Shown: positions 1 to 8,806 of the stretch, one piece after another
Numbering within the stretch: the first letter of the stretch is position 1
Layout: every line of letters begins with the position of its first letter
Source: Vulcanimicrobiota bacterium
Lineage (GTDB): Bacteria > Vulcanimicrobiota > Xenobia > Xenobiales > JADMJV01
Direction: 5' to 3'
Length of the DNA stretch: 55,673 nucleotides
Assembly (NCBI GenBank): GCA_050486105.1
Contig: JBJHCR010000004.1
Location: forward strand, 1-55,673
Translations under genes and position numbers: made by a program
Notes under the pieces: generated by a model
Told to the model about the DNA's origin: nothing
The model's database searches: none
The model's input: only the letters and a program-made list of their open reading frames with translations

Positions 1-1130
1 GCTTCCATCCGAGAGAACCGACTTTCGTCGACTTGAAGTTCCTTTAGGGCCGGATTGTTGCCCACGCCAGGGAGCATCTTGACCAAATCTTGCAACGGGC
101 CAAGTTTGCGAATTTGCTGCATCTGCCCGAGGAAGTCGTCCAAGTCGAAATTGTTCTCAAGGATCTTTTGCTCGAGGGCCGCGGCCTCTTCTTCGTCCAT
201 GGTCTGTTCGGCTTTTTCGATCAGCCCCAGGACATCACCCATACCGAGGATACGGGAGGCTAGACGATCCGGATGGAAGACTTCCAGTGCTTGGAGACGC
301 TCTCCTAGACCGATGAACTTTATCGGCTGCCCGGTCACCTCGCGAATAGACAGCGCCGCTCCACCTCGGGCGTCCCCGTCGAGCTTGGTCATAATAACGC
401 CGGTGGTCTGGATCTCTTTAGCGAACTGCTCGGCGATGTTCACGGCGTCTTGGCCGGTCATGGCGTCGACCACCAGCAGCACTTCGTCGGGAGACAGAGC
501 TTTTCTGGTTTCTTTGAGCTCCGCCATGAGTTCGTTGTCGACGTGAAGTCGACCAGCGGTGTCCACGATGACCACGTCGAATTCTTCTTTTTTCGCGTGG
601 GCTACAGCCGCTTTGGCGATATCGATAGGGCTGTTCTTGTCTCCCATTTGAAAGACGGGACAGCCGATCTGTTCACCCAGAACCTCAAGTTGCTTGATTG
701 CTGCTGGCCGATAGACATCGGTGGCAGCTAGAAGGACTTTTTTCTTGTCTTGCTCTTTTAGGCGCAAGGCCAATTTGCCGGAAGAAGTGGTTTTACCGGA
801 ACCGTTGAGCCCCACCATCATAATGACCGTAGGGGGGGTGCTGCTCAAATTGAGTGGGGCGGCTTCCCCTCCCATGAGGGCGATAAGTTCATCGCGGACA
901 TACTTGACCACTAACTGTCCTGGAGTCAGGCTTTTCCAAAGCTCTTCGCCGATGGCTCGCTCTTTAACCTTGGCGATAAAAGTCTTGACAACCGAAAGGG
1001 AAACATCGGCCTCAAGTAAGGCCCGACGCACTTCCCGCAGAGTCTCTTTGACATCTTGCTCGGTGAGCTTGCCTCGGCCGCGCAGTTTGTCGATGACTCC
1101 GCTTATTCTTTCAGACAGTGACTCGAACAT
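1..1130 (-). CDS. ffh: Signal recognition particle protein Ffh (3' end cut by window edge)
   Basis: Not in the ORF track because there is no stop in the window. My translation from ATG 1130 gives MFESLSERISGVIDKLRGRGKLTEQDV...VRRALLEADV...GLNGSGKTT...DVYRPAA...DTAGR...TKLDGDARGGAALS...RILGMGDV, the SRP GTPase motifs. Confidence 0.97.
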   Translation of the reverse strand, partial: MFESLSERISGVIDKLRGRGKLTEQDVKETLREVRRALLEADVSLSVVKTFIAKVKERAIGEELWKSLTPGQLVVKYVRDELIALMGGEAAPLNLSSTPPTVIMMVGLNGSGKTTSSGKLALRLKEQDKKKVLLAATDVYRPAAIKQLEVLGEQIGCPVFQMGDKNSPIDIAKAAVAHAKKEEFDVVIVDTAGRLHVDNELMAELKETRKALSPDEVLLVVDAMTGQDAVNIAEQFAKEIQTTGVIMTKLDGDARGGAALSIREVTGQPIKFIGLGERLQALEVFHPDRLASRILGMGDVLGLIEKAEQTMDEEEAAALEQKILENNFDLDDFLGQMQQIRKLGPLQDLVKMLPGVGNNPALKELQVDESRFSRME

Positions 1131-1140
1131 AATTCGACGT

Positions 1141-1170
1141 AGTATACGAGGGTCCGTTCGGCTCTGTCAA
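1141..1170 (-). promoter_or_regulatory. sigma70-type promoter of ffh (TTGACA-N18-TATACT), near-leaderless
   Basis: Minus strand reads TTGACA (1170-1165), 18 nt, TATACT (1146-1141), then 10 nt to the ATG; no SD sequence. Confidence 0.7.
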
Positions 1171-1198
1171 CGGATTTTTGGCGGAATGTAACTTTTGG

Positions 1199-2173
1199 CT
1201 AGCGTTCGCTGTAGTGGCTAAACAGCTCGTTGGCCAGATTAGACCAGGTCTTTCTGGCAGCTTCTCTATCGGTGATATCGTCGCCGAGCATCACGATGAC
1301 GAAGGCCCCTTGGGGGGCATAGACGATGCCGGCGTCGTGCAGGAGCCCGGTCAGTTCCCCGGTCTTATGGGCCAACTTGGTGTCCTCAGGAAACCCATCT
1401 CCGATCATGTCATGGCGTTTTTGACCTTCGAGAATCTCGTGCATGTGGTTCGAGCCTGGCAACTGGTTATGAGCCAACATTTGCAGCAACAGGGCCATGT
1501 CCTTGGCACTGGTCAGGTTGTCCTGTCCGCGATCTATGGCGGAAAAGTCGTAAACGTCTCTCTGAAAAGTGGTGTGCTCCAGTCCCAGATTCTTGGCGCT
1601 CTGATGGACGAGATCTCGACCTAAGTGGTCCGTGAGCATCTGGGTGGCGGTGTTGTCGCTCTCGGTGATCATCAACTCGGCGAGCTCTTCGAGGGTGTAC
1701 TTGCTTCCTTCCTTGGCTTGTTGCAGAGAGCCGGAGCCACCGACCTTTTGCCGACTTTCGAGGGTCAGCAGGTCGTCGGGAGAGTGGAGGCCCTCTTGGA
1801 ACTGTCGATACAGTTCGACTAAGATGACCAGTTTGACCAGGGAGGCTGATTCGAACGGCTCTTCAGGGCGGAGTTCGACGGTTTGGGCAGAGTCGAGGTC
1901 TATGAAAACAATGGAGCATTTCCCCGGGAAGGCCTTTCCGGACTCTTCAATGGCAAGTTTTGCGGCCTCAAGGTTCCTGGCGGGGGTAGGGTGTGGGGTG
2001 GCAGAGGTATCGGCCGCTCCGGTTTCTACCAAATTGGGAGAGGGAGACGCCACAGAGTCGCTAGGAGCGATTGGGACCGAGTTTTGACATCCGCAAAGCG
2101 ACAGGAGCAGGAGCGCTTGGCAGGCGAACGCATTGAAGTTCTTCAGCCCCCTTACAGGTCTCCTGGTTCTCAT
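1199..2173 (-). CDS. Class A beta-lactamase-fold serine hydrolase, probable lipoprotein (PBP-like)
   Basis: SxxK (SLVK), SDN and HKTG motifs; lipobox-like LLLLSLCGC; Pro/Ala/Ser/Thr linker. Start trimmed to ATG 2173. Confidence 0.85.
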   Translation of the reverse strand: MRTRRPVRGLKNFNAFACQALLLLSLCGCQNSVPIAPSDSVASPSPNLVETGAADTSATPHPTPARNLEAAKLAIEESGKAFPGKCSIVFIDLDSAQTVELRPEEPFESASLVKLVILVELYRQFQEGLHSPDDLLTLESRQKVGGSGSLQQAKEGSKYTLEELAELMITESDNTATQMLTDHLGRDLVHQSAKNLGLEHTTFQRDVYDFSAIDRGQDNLTSAKDMALLLQMLAHNQLPGSNHMHEILEGQKRHDMIGDGFPEDTKLAHKTGELTGLLHDAGIVYAPQGAFVIVMLGDDITDREAARKTWSNLANELFSHYSER

Positions 2174-2267
2174 CCAAAGCGCCACTTCTCGAACAAACCA
2201 ATCTTTCCCCCTGGTGGAGTTCAGATTTGCCAGGAACTCAAGCTTTAGGGGAGAAACTTCGCGGCCT

Positions 2268-3944
2268 ATGTTCAAAGAGATCCTTATCACCAGAGACGAA
2301 CGCGAAGGCCGAGCAGCAGTACTCGAGGACGGTGTTCTGTCAGAATTTCTCATAGCTCGCGAAGAACGTCAGGTCGGCTCTATCTATAAGGGGCGAGTAG
2401 CCAACGTGCTGCCGGGGATGAACGCGGCCTTTGTCGATCTTGGGCTTGAGCGCAACGGCTTTCTATGCGCTGATGATGCTGCGGCGCACCTAGGGGAAGA
2501 GGCCTCGGCAAGTCTGCGACGAGCCAACATCAGCGACATGATCAGGGTGGACCAAGAGGTTTTGGTGCAGGTGGTCAAGGAGGCCGTGGGCACTAAAGGG
2601 GCCAGAATAACGACCTACGTTACCATGCCAGGCCGCTACCTAGTGCTGATTCCTGCGGCCAATTACACCGGGGTGTCCCGCCGAGTGGAAGACGAAGAGG
2701 AAAGGAATCGACTGAGGCTCATCGCCGAAAAGATCAAGCCCGAAGGAATGGGGATCATCGTTCGAACCTCGGCCAGCGGTCGCACTCTCGAAGAGTTGGA
2801 GCGAGAGATGAAGTTCTTGGTCCGCTCTTGGAATCGGGTCCACAAGACCGCGAAACGACGCCGAGCTCCGGCCATAGTTCATCAAGAATTAGCGCTCATC
2901 GACAAGATTGTCAGGGACATTCTTCACGCAGATGTGAATCGCCTGATCATCGACAACGCGGAAGAGTATGCCAAGGTCACCGAGCGACTCGAAGCGACGG
3001 CCCCTCGCATGTTGGATCGGGTTTTCCTCTATAATCACTCCGTACCGTTATTCGAGTTCCACGGGATCGATCAAGAGATCGAGCAGGCGCTCAATAGGAA
3101 AGTGTGGCTGGAGTCCGGGGGCTACCTCATCATTGACCGCACCGAAGCGCTCTGGGCTATAGATGTGAACACCGGCAAATACACCGGCAAGACGGCATCT
3201 CTAGCTGACACCATCCTAAAGACCAACCTGGAGGCTGTAGGTGAGATTTGCCGACAGTTGCGATTGCGCGACATCGGTGGGATTATCATCGTTGATTTTA
3301 TCGATATGGAGTCCCCCAGCGACCGACGGAGGCTGCTCTCGGCTTTAGTAGAGGAACTCAAGAAAGACCGCACCCGGACTCACCTTGTCGGCATGACAGA
3401 ATTGGGCTTGGTGCAGTTGACTCGAAAGCGAGAAGGCAAGGACCTTGACCTAGTGCTTCGCGAAGAGTGTAGTTACTGTGGTGGAAAGGGTCGGCTGTTG
3501 TCACCCAAGACCATCGCTCTTCGAATTCGACGAGAAATTCTCCGAAGGCTGTCTACCAGTAAGGAAGAGGCTGTCTTCGTGGAGCTTCATCCACGCGTGG
3601 GTGTCGAGTTTCTGGGTGCTGACGGGGAAGAACTGGAGGCTCTGGAACAGCAGATCGGGCGAACTGTCTTCGTCCGGGCTGAAGAGGACATTCATCAACT
3701 CGACTACCAAGTGACACTGGGCAGCCGCAAAGAAATGGCTCGCCGCATCGATAAGTTGACCCAAGGGCAGAAAGCTCAAGCCTATCTCGACGAGGCCTTC
3801 GGAGCTTCTAATCGGAACGCAGTCACGGTGATCCACGGAAATCTGGTCGAAGTCCTCAATCTGGGAGATCGGGTTGGGAAAGTGGTTGAGGTTCGGGTCA
3901 CTGATCCCAAGGCTCCCATGCCCAAGGCTGAACTCGTTCGCTAG
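2268..3944 (+). CDS. rng: Rne/Rng family ribonuclease (RNase G-like) with C-terminal TRAM-like domain
   Basis: GSIYKGRVANVLPGMNAAFVDLG S1 domain, IDVNTG, LRDIGGIIIVDFIDM, CSYC Zn link; purine-rich SD upstream of ATG 2268. Confidence 0.93.
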   Translation: MFKEILITRDEREGRAAVLEDGVLSEFLIAREERQVGSIYKGRVANVLPGMNAAFVDLGLERNGFLCADDAAAHLGEEASASLRRANISDMIRVDQEVLVQVVKEAVGTKGARITTYVTMPGRYLVLIPAANYTGVSRRVEDEEERNRLRLIAEKIKPEGMGIIVRTSASGRTLEELEREMKFLVRSWNRVHKTAKRRRAPAIVHQELALIDKIVRDILHADVNRLIIDNAEEYAKVTERLEATAPRMLDRVFLYNHSVPLFEFHGIDQEIEQALNRKVWLESGGYLIIDRTEALWAIDVNTGKYTGKTASLADTILKTNLEAVGEICRQLRLRDIGGIIIVDFIDMESPSDRRRLLSALVEELKKDRTRTHLVGMTELGLVQLTRKREGKDLDLVLREECSYCGGKGRLLSPKTIALRIRREILRRLSTSKEEAVFVELHPRVGVEFLGADGEELEALEQQIGRTVFVRAEEDIHQLDYQVTLGSRKEMARRIDKLTQGQKAQAYLDEAFGASNRNAVTVIHGNLVEVLNLGDRVGKVVEVRVTDPKAPMPKAELVR

Positions 3945-5276
3945 GTGGGGTCTAGAGAACTTTTCTCTGCCTGGTCTCGATTGCTCGAGAGGTTGTTCCC
4001 GGACGCCTTCACTCTAGCTCTAGTCTTGACCCTGGTGGCCGGTGGAGCGGCCATTGTGCTTACTCCGTACTCCGGATTCCAGGTCCTAGGATTCTGGGCC
4101 GGGGGTTTTTGGGAATTTCTGACTTTCGCCATGCAGATGGTGCTGATTCTGGTCACTGGTCAAGCGTTGGCGCTCGCTCCTTCGGTCGCTCGCCTTATCG
4201 ATCGCCTGGTGGAGGTTCCAAAGAGTCAGAAAGTTGGCGTGGTCTTGGTCTGCTTGGGAGCCATGGTTGGTGGATGGCTGAACTGGGGGTTCGGCCTGGT
4301 GGTGGGTGCTATCCTGGCTCGCAAAGTGAGTGACCGCTTGGGTGCACTTCTAGGAGAGGATCACATCAATCGAGGCCTTATCGGAGCCGCAGGATACACC
4401 GGAATGGCCTTTTGGCATGGAGGGCTATCAGGTTCGGCGCCGTTAACGGTGGCCACCCCAGGACACTTTCTCGATCATATGGTGGGCGTCTTACCGTTGT
4501 CGGAGACGGTGTTCTCCGTGGACAACTTTTCGTTCACTCTATTGATGCTGGTGGCGGTTCCGGCATTTCTTTGGTATCTCGCTGGAGTTATTCCCATTGG
4601 AACTCCTCTAGCTGAAACCTCCGCAGAGCGGGCCAAGAGCGAAGAGGCTCACGGGCCTATTACCCCGGGACAGCGGCTCTTGGCTTACACCGTGGCTGCG
4701 GTGGCTGCGGTCTGGTGGTTCGGCTTCCGGGAAGGCTTGGGGCTTGATTCGCTTAATTTCTTTTTCCTTTTCTTGGGTTTGCTCTTGCATGGCTCGCCCG
4801 TGCGCTACGCTAAGGCTCTGGACCAAGGCATGTCCGGAGTTTCTGGAATCATCTTGCAGTTTCCGTTTTATGCCGGCATCGTTGGTCTCAGCAGCGGGTC
4901 CGGACTCATCGGACAGATCTCCGAGATCTTCGTGGACCTAAGTCGATGGAGTCAAGAAAGCCTCGGTTTTCAGCCTTTTCTGATCTTCGTTTTTCTTTCT
5001 GCGGGCCTGGTCAATCTTTTCGTTCCTTCGGGTGGTGGTCAGTGGATGATTCAAGGGCCTATCGTATTGCAGGCCGCTGAGCAACTGGCGATCCCTGGTT
5101 CTGAGGCGGTCATGGCCGTGGCCTACGGCGATCAGTGGACCAACCTACTGCAGCCCTTTTGGGCACTTCCCTTGCTGGCCATTACAGGGCTGAAGCCTGC
5201 ACAACTGTTGAGTGTGAGCAGCCTGCTGCTGCTCTGGATGGGAGCACTCACCTGCCTTGCACTGATGTTTTTCTGA
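3945..5276 (+). CDS. atoE: Short-chain fatty acid transporter (AtoE family)
   Basis: Polytopic membrane protein with FAMQM, WHGGLSGSAPL, QFPFYAGI, VPSGGGQW and QPFWALPLL motifs. Confidence 0.9.
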   Translation: MGSRELFSAWSRLLERLFPDAFTLALVLTLVAGGAAIVLTPYSGFQVLGFWAGGFWEFLTFAMQMVLILVTGQALALAPSVARLIDRLVEVPKSQKVGVVLVCLGAMVGGWLNWGFGLVVGAILARKVSDRLGALLGEDHINRGLIGAAGYTGMAFWHGGLSGSAPLTVATPGHFLDHMVGVLPLSETVFSVDNFSFTLLMLVAVPAFLWYLAGVIPIGTPLAETSAERAKSEEAHGPITPGQRLLAYTVAAVAAVWWFGFREGLGLDSLNFFFLFLGLLLHGSPVRYAKALDQGMSGVSGIILQFPFYAGIVGLSSGSGLIGQISEIFVDLSRWSQESLGFQPFLIFVFLSAGLVNLFVPSGGGQWMIQGPIVLQAAEQLAIPGSEAVMAVAYGDQWTNLLQPFWALPLLAITGLKPAQLLSVSSLLLLWMGALTCLALMFF

Positions 5277-5338
5277 AGAAATTAACAAGATCTTGACCTG
5301 TTGTTCCGGGGTAGGGAGCAGGGCGGTGAGAAGTTTCA

Positions 5339-6289
5339 GTGATGAGACGATCCTGGATTCGAGCTTGGGGTGCCCTGGCCGGTCTTCTTGTGCTGTTCTT
5401 AGTGGGGTTTTGTCCTCTTCCATATTCTCCAAGCTCATCAGCCGATTCTTCATTACCCGAGCCATCGGAGTTGATTGGGGGAGTTCACGCAGTGCTGGGC
5501 TCCTGGAACCTGTGGAACCTATTCGACACGGTGGACGATGCCTATAACGACGATGTCTTAACTGAGCCGGAGTACACCAGCAAGCTTCGCATCCTTAGCC
5601 AAGTTATCGATGGACTTGCGGTGGACGTGTTGGGGGTACAAGAGGTCGAGACCCTAGAGTGTTTGCAAGACCTAAACAGGAGCTTGTCACGACCTTTCCA
5701 AGAAGTGGTTTTGGTACCAGGCAACGATAGGTATCGAGGCATTCAAGTTGGCCTCTTGAGCCGCTTTCCGGTGTTGAAGGTGAAGAGTCACGCCTCCACG
5801 CCCCTTCACCTTCAGACTGCTTCCAGCCGCACCACCCGATTTTCTCGGGATTGCTTAGAGGTCCATTTGGACACCGAGCCACGGCTCATCGTGTTGACCA
5901 ATCATTTCAAGAGTCAGGTGGGCTCGAAGAAGGAGTCGGCTCAGATTCGCAGAGCTCAGGCTCAAGGAGTGATGAGAATCGTGGTTGAGTTGAAGGAGCG
6001 CCATGGGGCTGAGGCCTTGGTGGTGGTGTTGGGAGACTTCAATGACCAGCCTCACAGTTGGGCCCTCGAACCCCTAATGAGCGGTCTGCTCGATCCGCTC
6101 GAAGGCCTGCCGGCTTCCTGGCGAGCGACACACCGATACGGGAATTTTGAGTCTCAACTCGATTATGTGCTAGTTGACCCAGATGCTCGGGAGAGAGTTG
6201 TTCAAGCTTGGGTGGCTGAGGATGTGAAAATGGCCAGCGACCACCGTCCGGTGCTCCTTCAGCTAAGGCTAGACCGAGCTCCCCAATAG
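5339..6289 (+). CDS. Exported endonuclease/exonuclease/phosphatase (EEP) family protein
   Basis: SWNLWN, DVLGVQE, NHFKS, GDFND, LDYV and SDH motifs; N-terminal hydrophobic signal/anchor. Confidence 0.88.
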   Translation: MMRRSWIRAWGALAGLLVLFLVGFCPLPYSPSSSADSSLPEPSELIGGVHAVLGSWNLWNLFDTVDDAYNDDVLTEPEYTSKLRILSQVIDGLAVDVLGVQEVETLECLQDLNRSLSRPFQEVVLVPGNDRYRGIQVGLLSRFPVLKVKSHASTPLHLQTASSRTTRFSRDCLEVHLDTEPRLIVLTNHFKSQVGSKKESAQIRRAQAQGVMRIVVELKERHGAEALVVVLGDFNDQPHSWALEPLMSGLLDPLEGLPASWRATHRYGNFESQLDYVLVDPDARERVVQAWVAEDVKMASDHRPVLLQLRLDRAPQ

Positions 6290-6307
6290 CGGGAGCACTG
6301 GTCGACT

Positions 6308-7567
6308 TCAGGGGCGGGGACTGAGCTGTTCCGCTTGTCGAAAGATCTCTTGGAAATCTTGGAAGCGGGCAAAGCCTTCACCGAGAAGTTGAAGACCCTG
6401 GTCCAGGAGTCCAGCCTGCAATCCTGGAGCACCCGTCTCCAAGAGTTGTAGCCCCTCTTCGAGCACCTCCAAGGCTTCTCGAAAGGCTTGATGGCCGCGC
6501 TTTAGAAGTTGGACATGCTCGGCAGGCAGGCTTGGGGGAGGCGATTCGAGCCGCTGCCAGCGCCCGCGGGTTTTTTCGAGTTTGCTGCGAAAAGCGGCGA
6601 CAGCCTGGCTCAGCGAAATGGACTGTCCGCTGGCTAGGGAGTCCTCTACGGCCCCTTGGAGTTTCAGGAGCTCTTCGGGAATGCTCGAGTCGTCGGAATC
6701 GAAGCTTTCAGCGTTTTCCTTGAATTCCACAGTAGAACGGCTCACCACCTCGGCTCTCGGGAGCACTGCACTGCATCCTCCGCATAAGCGGGATTCGGGG
6801 CTGTTGTCCGTACCGCAGCGGAAGCAAGCGATGGTGACCGGAGTTTGGTCCGCTTCTTTGAGCTCGAAGTACACAGAGTGAAGTATGTCGGCTGCTTCAA
6901 TCAAGGTGTCTAGAGCCGTCCTGAGTCTGTCGTCATCGGCTAATTCCAGAGCCAAGTCCAGTTCTTCGATCCCTTCGATCTGCAGCCCTAAAGCTGTGCT
7001 GAGATCGTCCTGGGCCGACTCGAAGGCGGCTTGTTCAAGTTGAGAGGGAATCATGTGCTCGACCGTCAGTTCGAGTTGCTCATGGTAATGACAAAACGCA
7101 TCCAAGCGCTCCACAAGGGCTGTCTTGGGGAGCCGTCCCTCCAAATAGAGATGAGCCACTCTAAGCAATTCCTGGGTGAAAGGGACCTCGGAATATCGAG
7201 TGCCCTCCAAGGTTTGACTTTTCATCTGGGCAAATTTGCCAAAGAGCCGCCCCACTTGGCTTTTGAGAGCCAGAGCTACCTCTCTAGCGGAAACCTTGCT
7301 TTTCCGTTCCAAGTGATGAGTCAGCTCAGCCACGAGTTTTCGAACCTCTCGAAACTCTGCTGGTATCTCGTTGGCCGCCTTGTTTTGGGGTTCACCTGCC
7401 GCTAGGAATTGGAGTTCCGAAAGGTAGACGCCGTAGAGAATCCCAAGGACTTCGTCGAAGCTTTGGAACACAGCAAAGATCTCGGGGAAATCAGCGTCCT
7501 CTTCGAGCAAGGAGATCAGATGATCGAGTTGCGAAATTTCGCTGGGGGCCTGGTGTTCTTTGAACAT
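6308..7567 (-). CDS. Hypothetical helical protein with zinc ribbon (CFRC...CGGC)
   Basis: Long Leu/Glu-rich ORF with two CxxC pairs. Real start is probably ATG 7567 or 7579; the ORF-track extension to 8026 is antisense to the neighbouring gene. Confidence 0.65.
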   Translation of the reverse strand: MFKEHQAPSEISQLDHLISLLEEDADFPEIFAVFQSFDEVLGILYGVYLSELQFLAAGEPQNKAANEIPAEFREVRKLVAELTHHLERKSKVSAREVALALKSQVGRLFGKFAQMKSQTLEGTRYSEVPFTQELLRVAHLYLEGRLPKTALVERLDAFCHYHEQLELTVEHMIPSQLEQAAFESAQDDLSTALGLQIEGIEELDLALELADDDRLRTALDTLIEAADILHSVYFELKEADQTPVTIACFRCGTDNSPESRLCGGCSAVLPRAEVVSRSTVEFKENAESFDSDDSSIPEELLKLQGAVEDSLASGQSISLSQAVAAFRSKLEKTRGRWQRLESPPPSLPAEHVQLLKRGHQAFREALEVLEEGLQLLETGAPGLQAGLLDQGLQLLGEGFARFQDFQEIFRQAEQLSPRP

Positions 7568-7673
7568 TGATGTTAACATTTTTCGTAGGGTCTTGACCTT
7601 ACCCCTTGTCCGCGTGAGACTCCTGGTAATAATAGGTGAAGAAGTCGTTTTGAGAATCTTGAGGAGATAATCT

Positions 7674-8363
7674 ATGGCGTTTGCAATGAATCCTTTGATG
7701 GGAGCCCAAATGATGGGCGGCATGAACATGATGAGCAGCATGTTCATGATGATGCAGATGATGCAGATGATGCAAATGATGCAGATGATGATGGGCCAGA
7801 TGTCCCAGGGACAGCAAGGAATGCAGGGACCGGGCTGTGGCTGCAATTTCGATATGGGCCAGTCCATGGGGATGCCCGGAATGCCCATGCCCTTCCCTAT
7901 GCCCATGCCTTTCCCTATGCCGATGCCTTCGCAGGGCTCGTTTCCTCCATTCTCCTCGGCTCCGCCCCTCGACATTGGCTCCCATCGCGGCAATGGGCCG
8001 ATCTCGAATACCCTGATGCAGAGCATCAGCAGAAATCCTACGGTGGCCAGCCCAGGTTATTGTTATCGTGGAGTGAAGCACCATATGCGCCAGGTAGGGG
8101 TGAATCTGCAAGGCGGATCCGCCTATCAAGCGGCCGGCCAACTGGCCAATAATCCGAAGTTTCGCGAAGTTCGCGTCAGCCGTGACCAACTGAGAAGCCT
8201 GCCTCCCGGTGCCGTAGTGGTTTGGGACCGCAACCAGGGTGCAGGTAAGCCTCACGGTCATATCTCGATTTCCATGGGTAACGGACGGGAAGCCTCGGAC
8301 CGAGTTCGGCCTCAGATTGTCAATTATCCCTCGTCCTTTCGGGTCTTCGTCCCCAACGAGTAA
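7674..8363 (+). CDS. Met/Gln/Gly/Pro-rich protein with C-terminal Cys-His (NlpC/P60/CHAP-like) putative peptidoglycan amidase domain
   Basis: Strong SD GAGGAG at 7661-7666; C-terminus GYCYRGV...PPGAVVVW...HGHISISMGNGREASD has papain-fold Cys/His spacing. Confidence 0.7.
   Translation: MAFAMNPLMGAQMMGGMNMMSSMFMMMQMMQMMQMMQMMMGQMSQGQQGMQGPGCGCNFDMGQSMGMPGMPMPFPMPMPFPMPMPSQGSFPPFSSAPPLDIGSHRGNGPISNTLMQSISRNPTVASPGYCYRGVKHHMRQVGVNLQGGSAYQAAGQLANNPKFREVRVSRDQLRSLPPGAVVVWDRNQGAGKPHGHISISMGNGREASDRVRPQIVNYPSSFRVFVPNE
7749..7784 (+). repeat. In-frame 9-nt tandem repeat (ATGATGCAR)x4 encoding (MMQ)4
   Basis: Read directly from the sequence. Confidence 0.9.
7881..7928 (+). repeat. In-frame 18-nt tandem repeat (~2.7 copies) encoding (MPMPFP)n
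   Basis: ATGCCCATGCCYTTCCCT twice plus a partial third copy. Confidence 0.85.
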
Positions 8364-8368
8364 AGCCT

Positions 8369-8806
8369 ATGTCTGAATCTTTCTCCTACCTTAACCCAGA
8401 ACAACGGGAGAGCCTTAAGGCTCTCCCTTTTCCCGTACTCTTGCCCAATCAACTGCCCGAAAGTTGGTCGGTGAAGAGCTTGAATCTCAGTGAGGACGAG
8501 GAGAATGTGGACTTCGAACTCACTCTCACTGGTCCGTCTGGATCGAGTTTTGACCTGCTGGCCACCAATGGAGGAGTGGGAGACGCCCTCCCCGGCGACA
8601 AATCTTCCACGCTCGAGCATCCCTTGTTGGAAACCCTGTATATAGAGCACTACCTGGAAGAACCTGAGCCGAAGTGGTTTCAGGCCCAGTGGATCGAGCT
8701 TCTGGAGAATTTTTCCTATGCAGGATTTCGAGGTCGTTCGCTGTCGGACGAAGAGGCTTCAGCCCTGATCAATTCGCTAGAAGTCTACGAGCCAGCGGCC
8801 TCCTAA
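8369..8806 (+). CDS. Small acidic hypothetical protein (DUF4367-like pattern)
   Basis: Starts 5 nt after the previous stop; FPVLLPxxLP...LSDEEASALINSL pattern. Confidence 0.6.
   Translation: MSESFSYLNPEQRESLKALPFPVLLPNQLPESWSVKSLNLSEDEENVDFELTLTGPSGSSFDLLATNGGVGDALPGDKSSTLEHPLLETLYIEHYLEEPEPKWFQAQWIELLENFSYAGFRGRSLSDEEASALINSLEVYEPAAS

Noticed and set aside
55-1191. Plus-strand ORFs of 163, 93 and 156 aa
   Set aside because: Antisense shadows of ffh, which the ORF track missed because its stop lies outside the window.
1199-2173. True class A beta-lactamase (resistance gene)
   Set aside because: SxxK, SDN and KTG are present, but the omega-loop region (FQRDVYDF) shows no Glu166-type ExxLN motif; more likely a PBP-like serine hydrolase.
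6278-6296. Hairpin GCTCCC-N7-GGGAGC between convergent genes as an intrinsic terminator
   Set aside because: Short stem with no U-tract on either strand.
7599-8261. His-rich minus-strand ORF (HHHLHHLHHLHH) and the ICIICIIC extension of the 6308-8026 ORF
   Set aside because: Both are reverse-complement readings of the ATG-rich repeats in the plus-strand gene, which has a strong SD and a recognisable domain.
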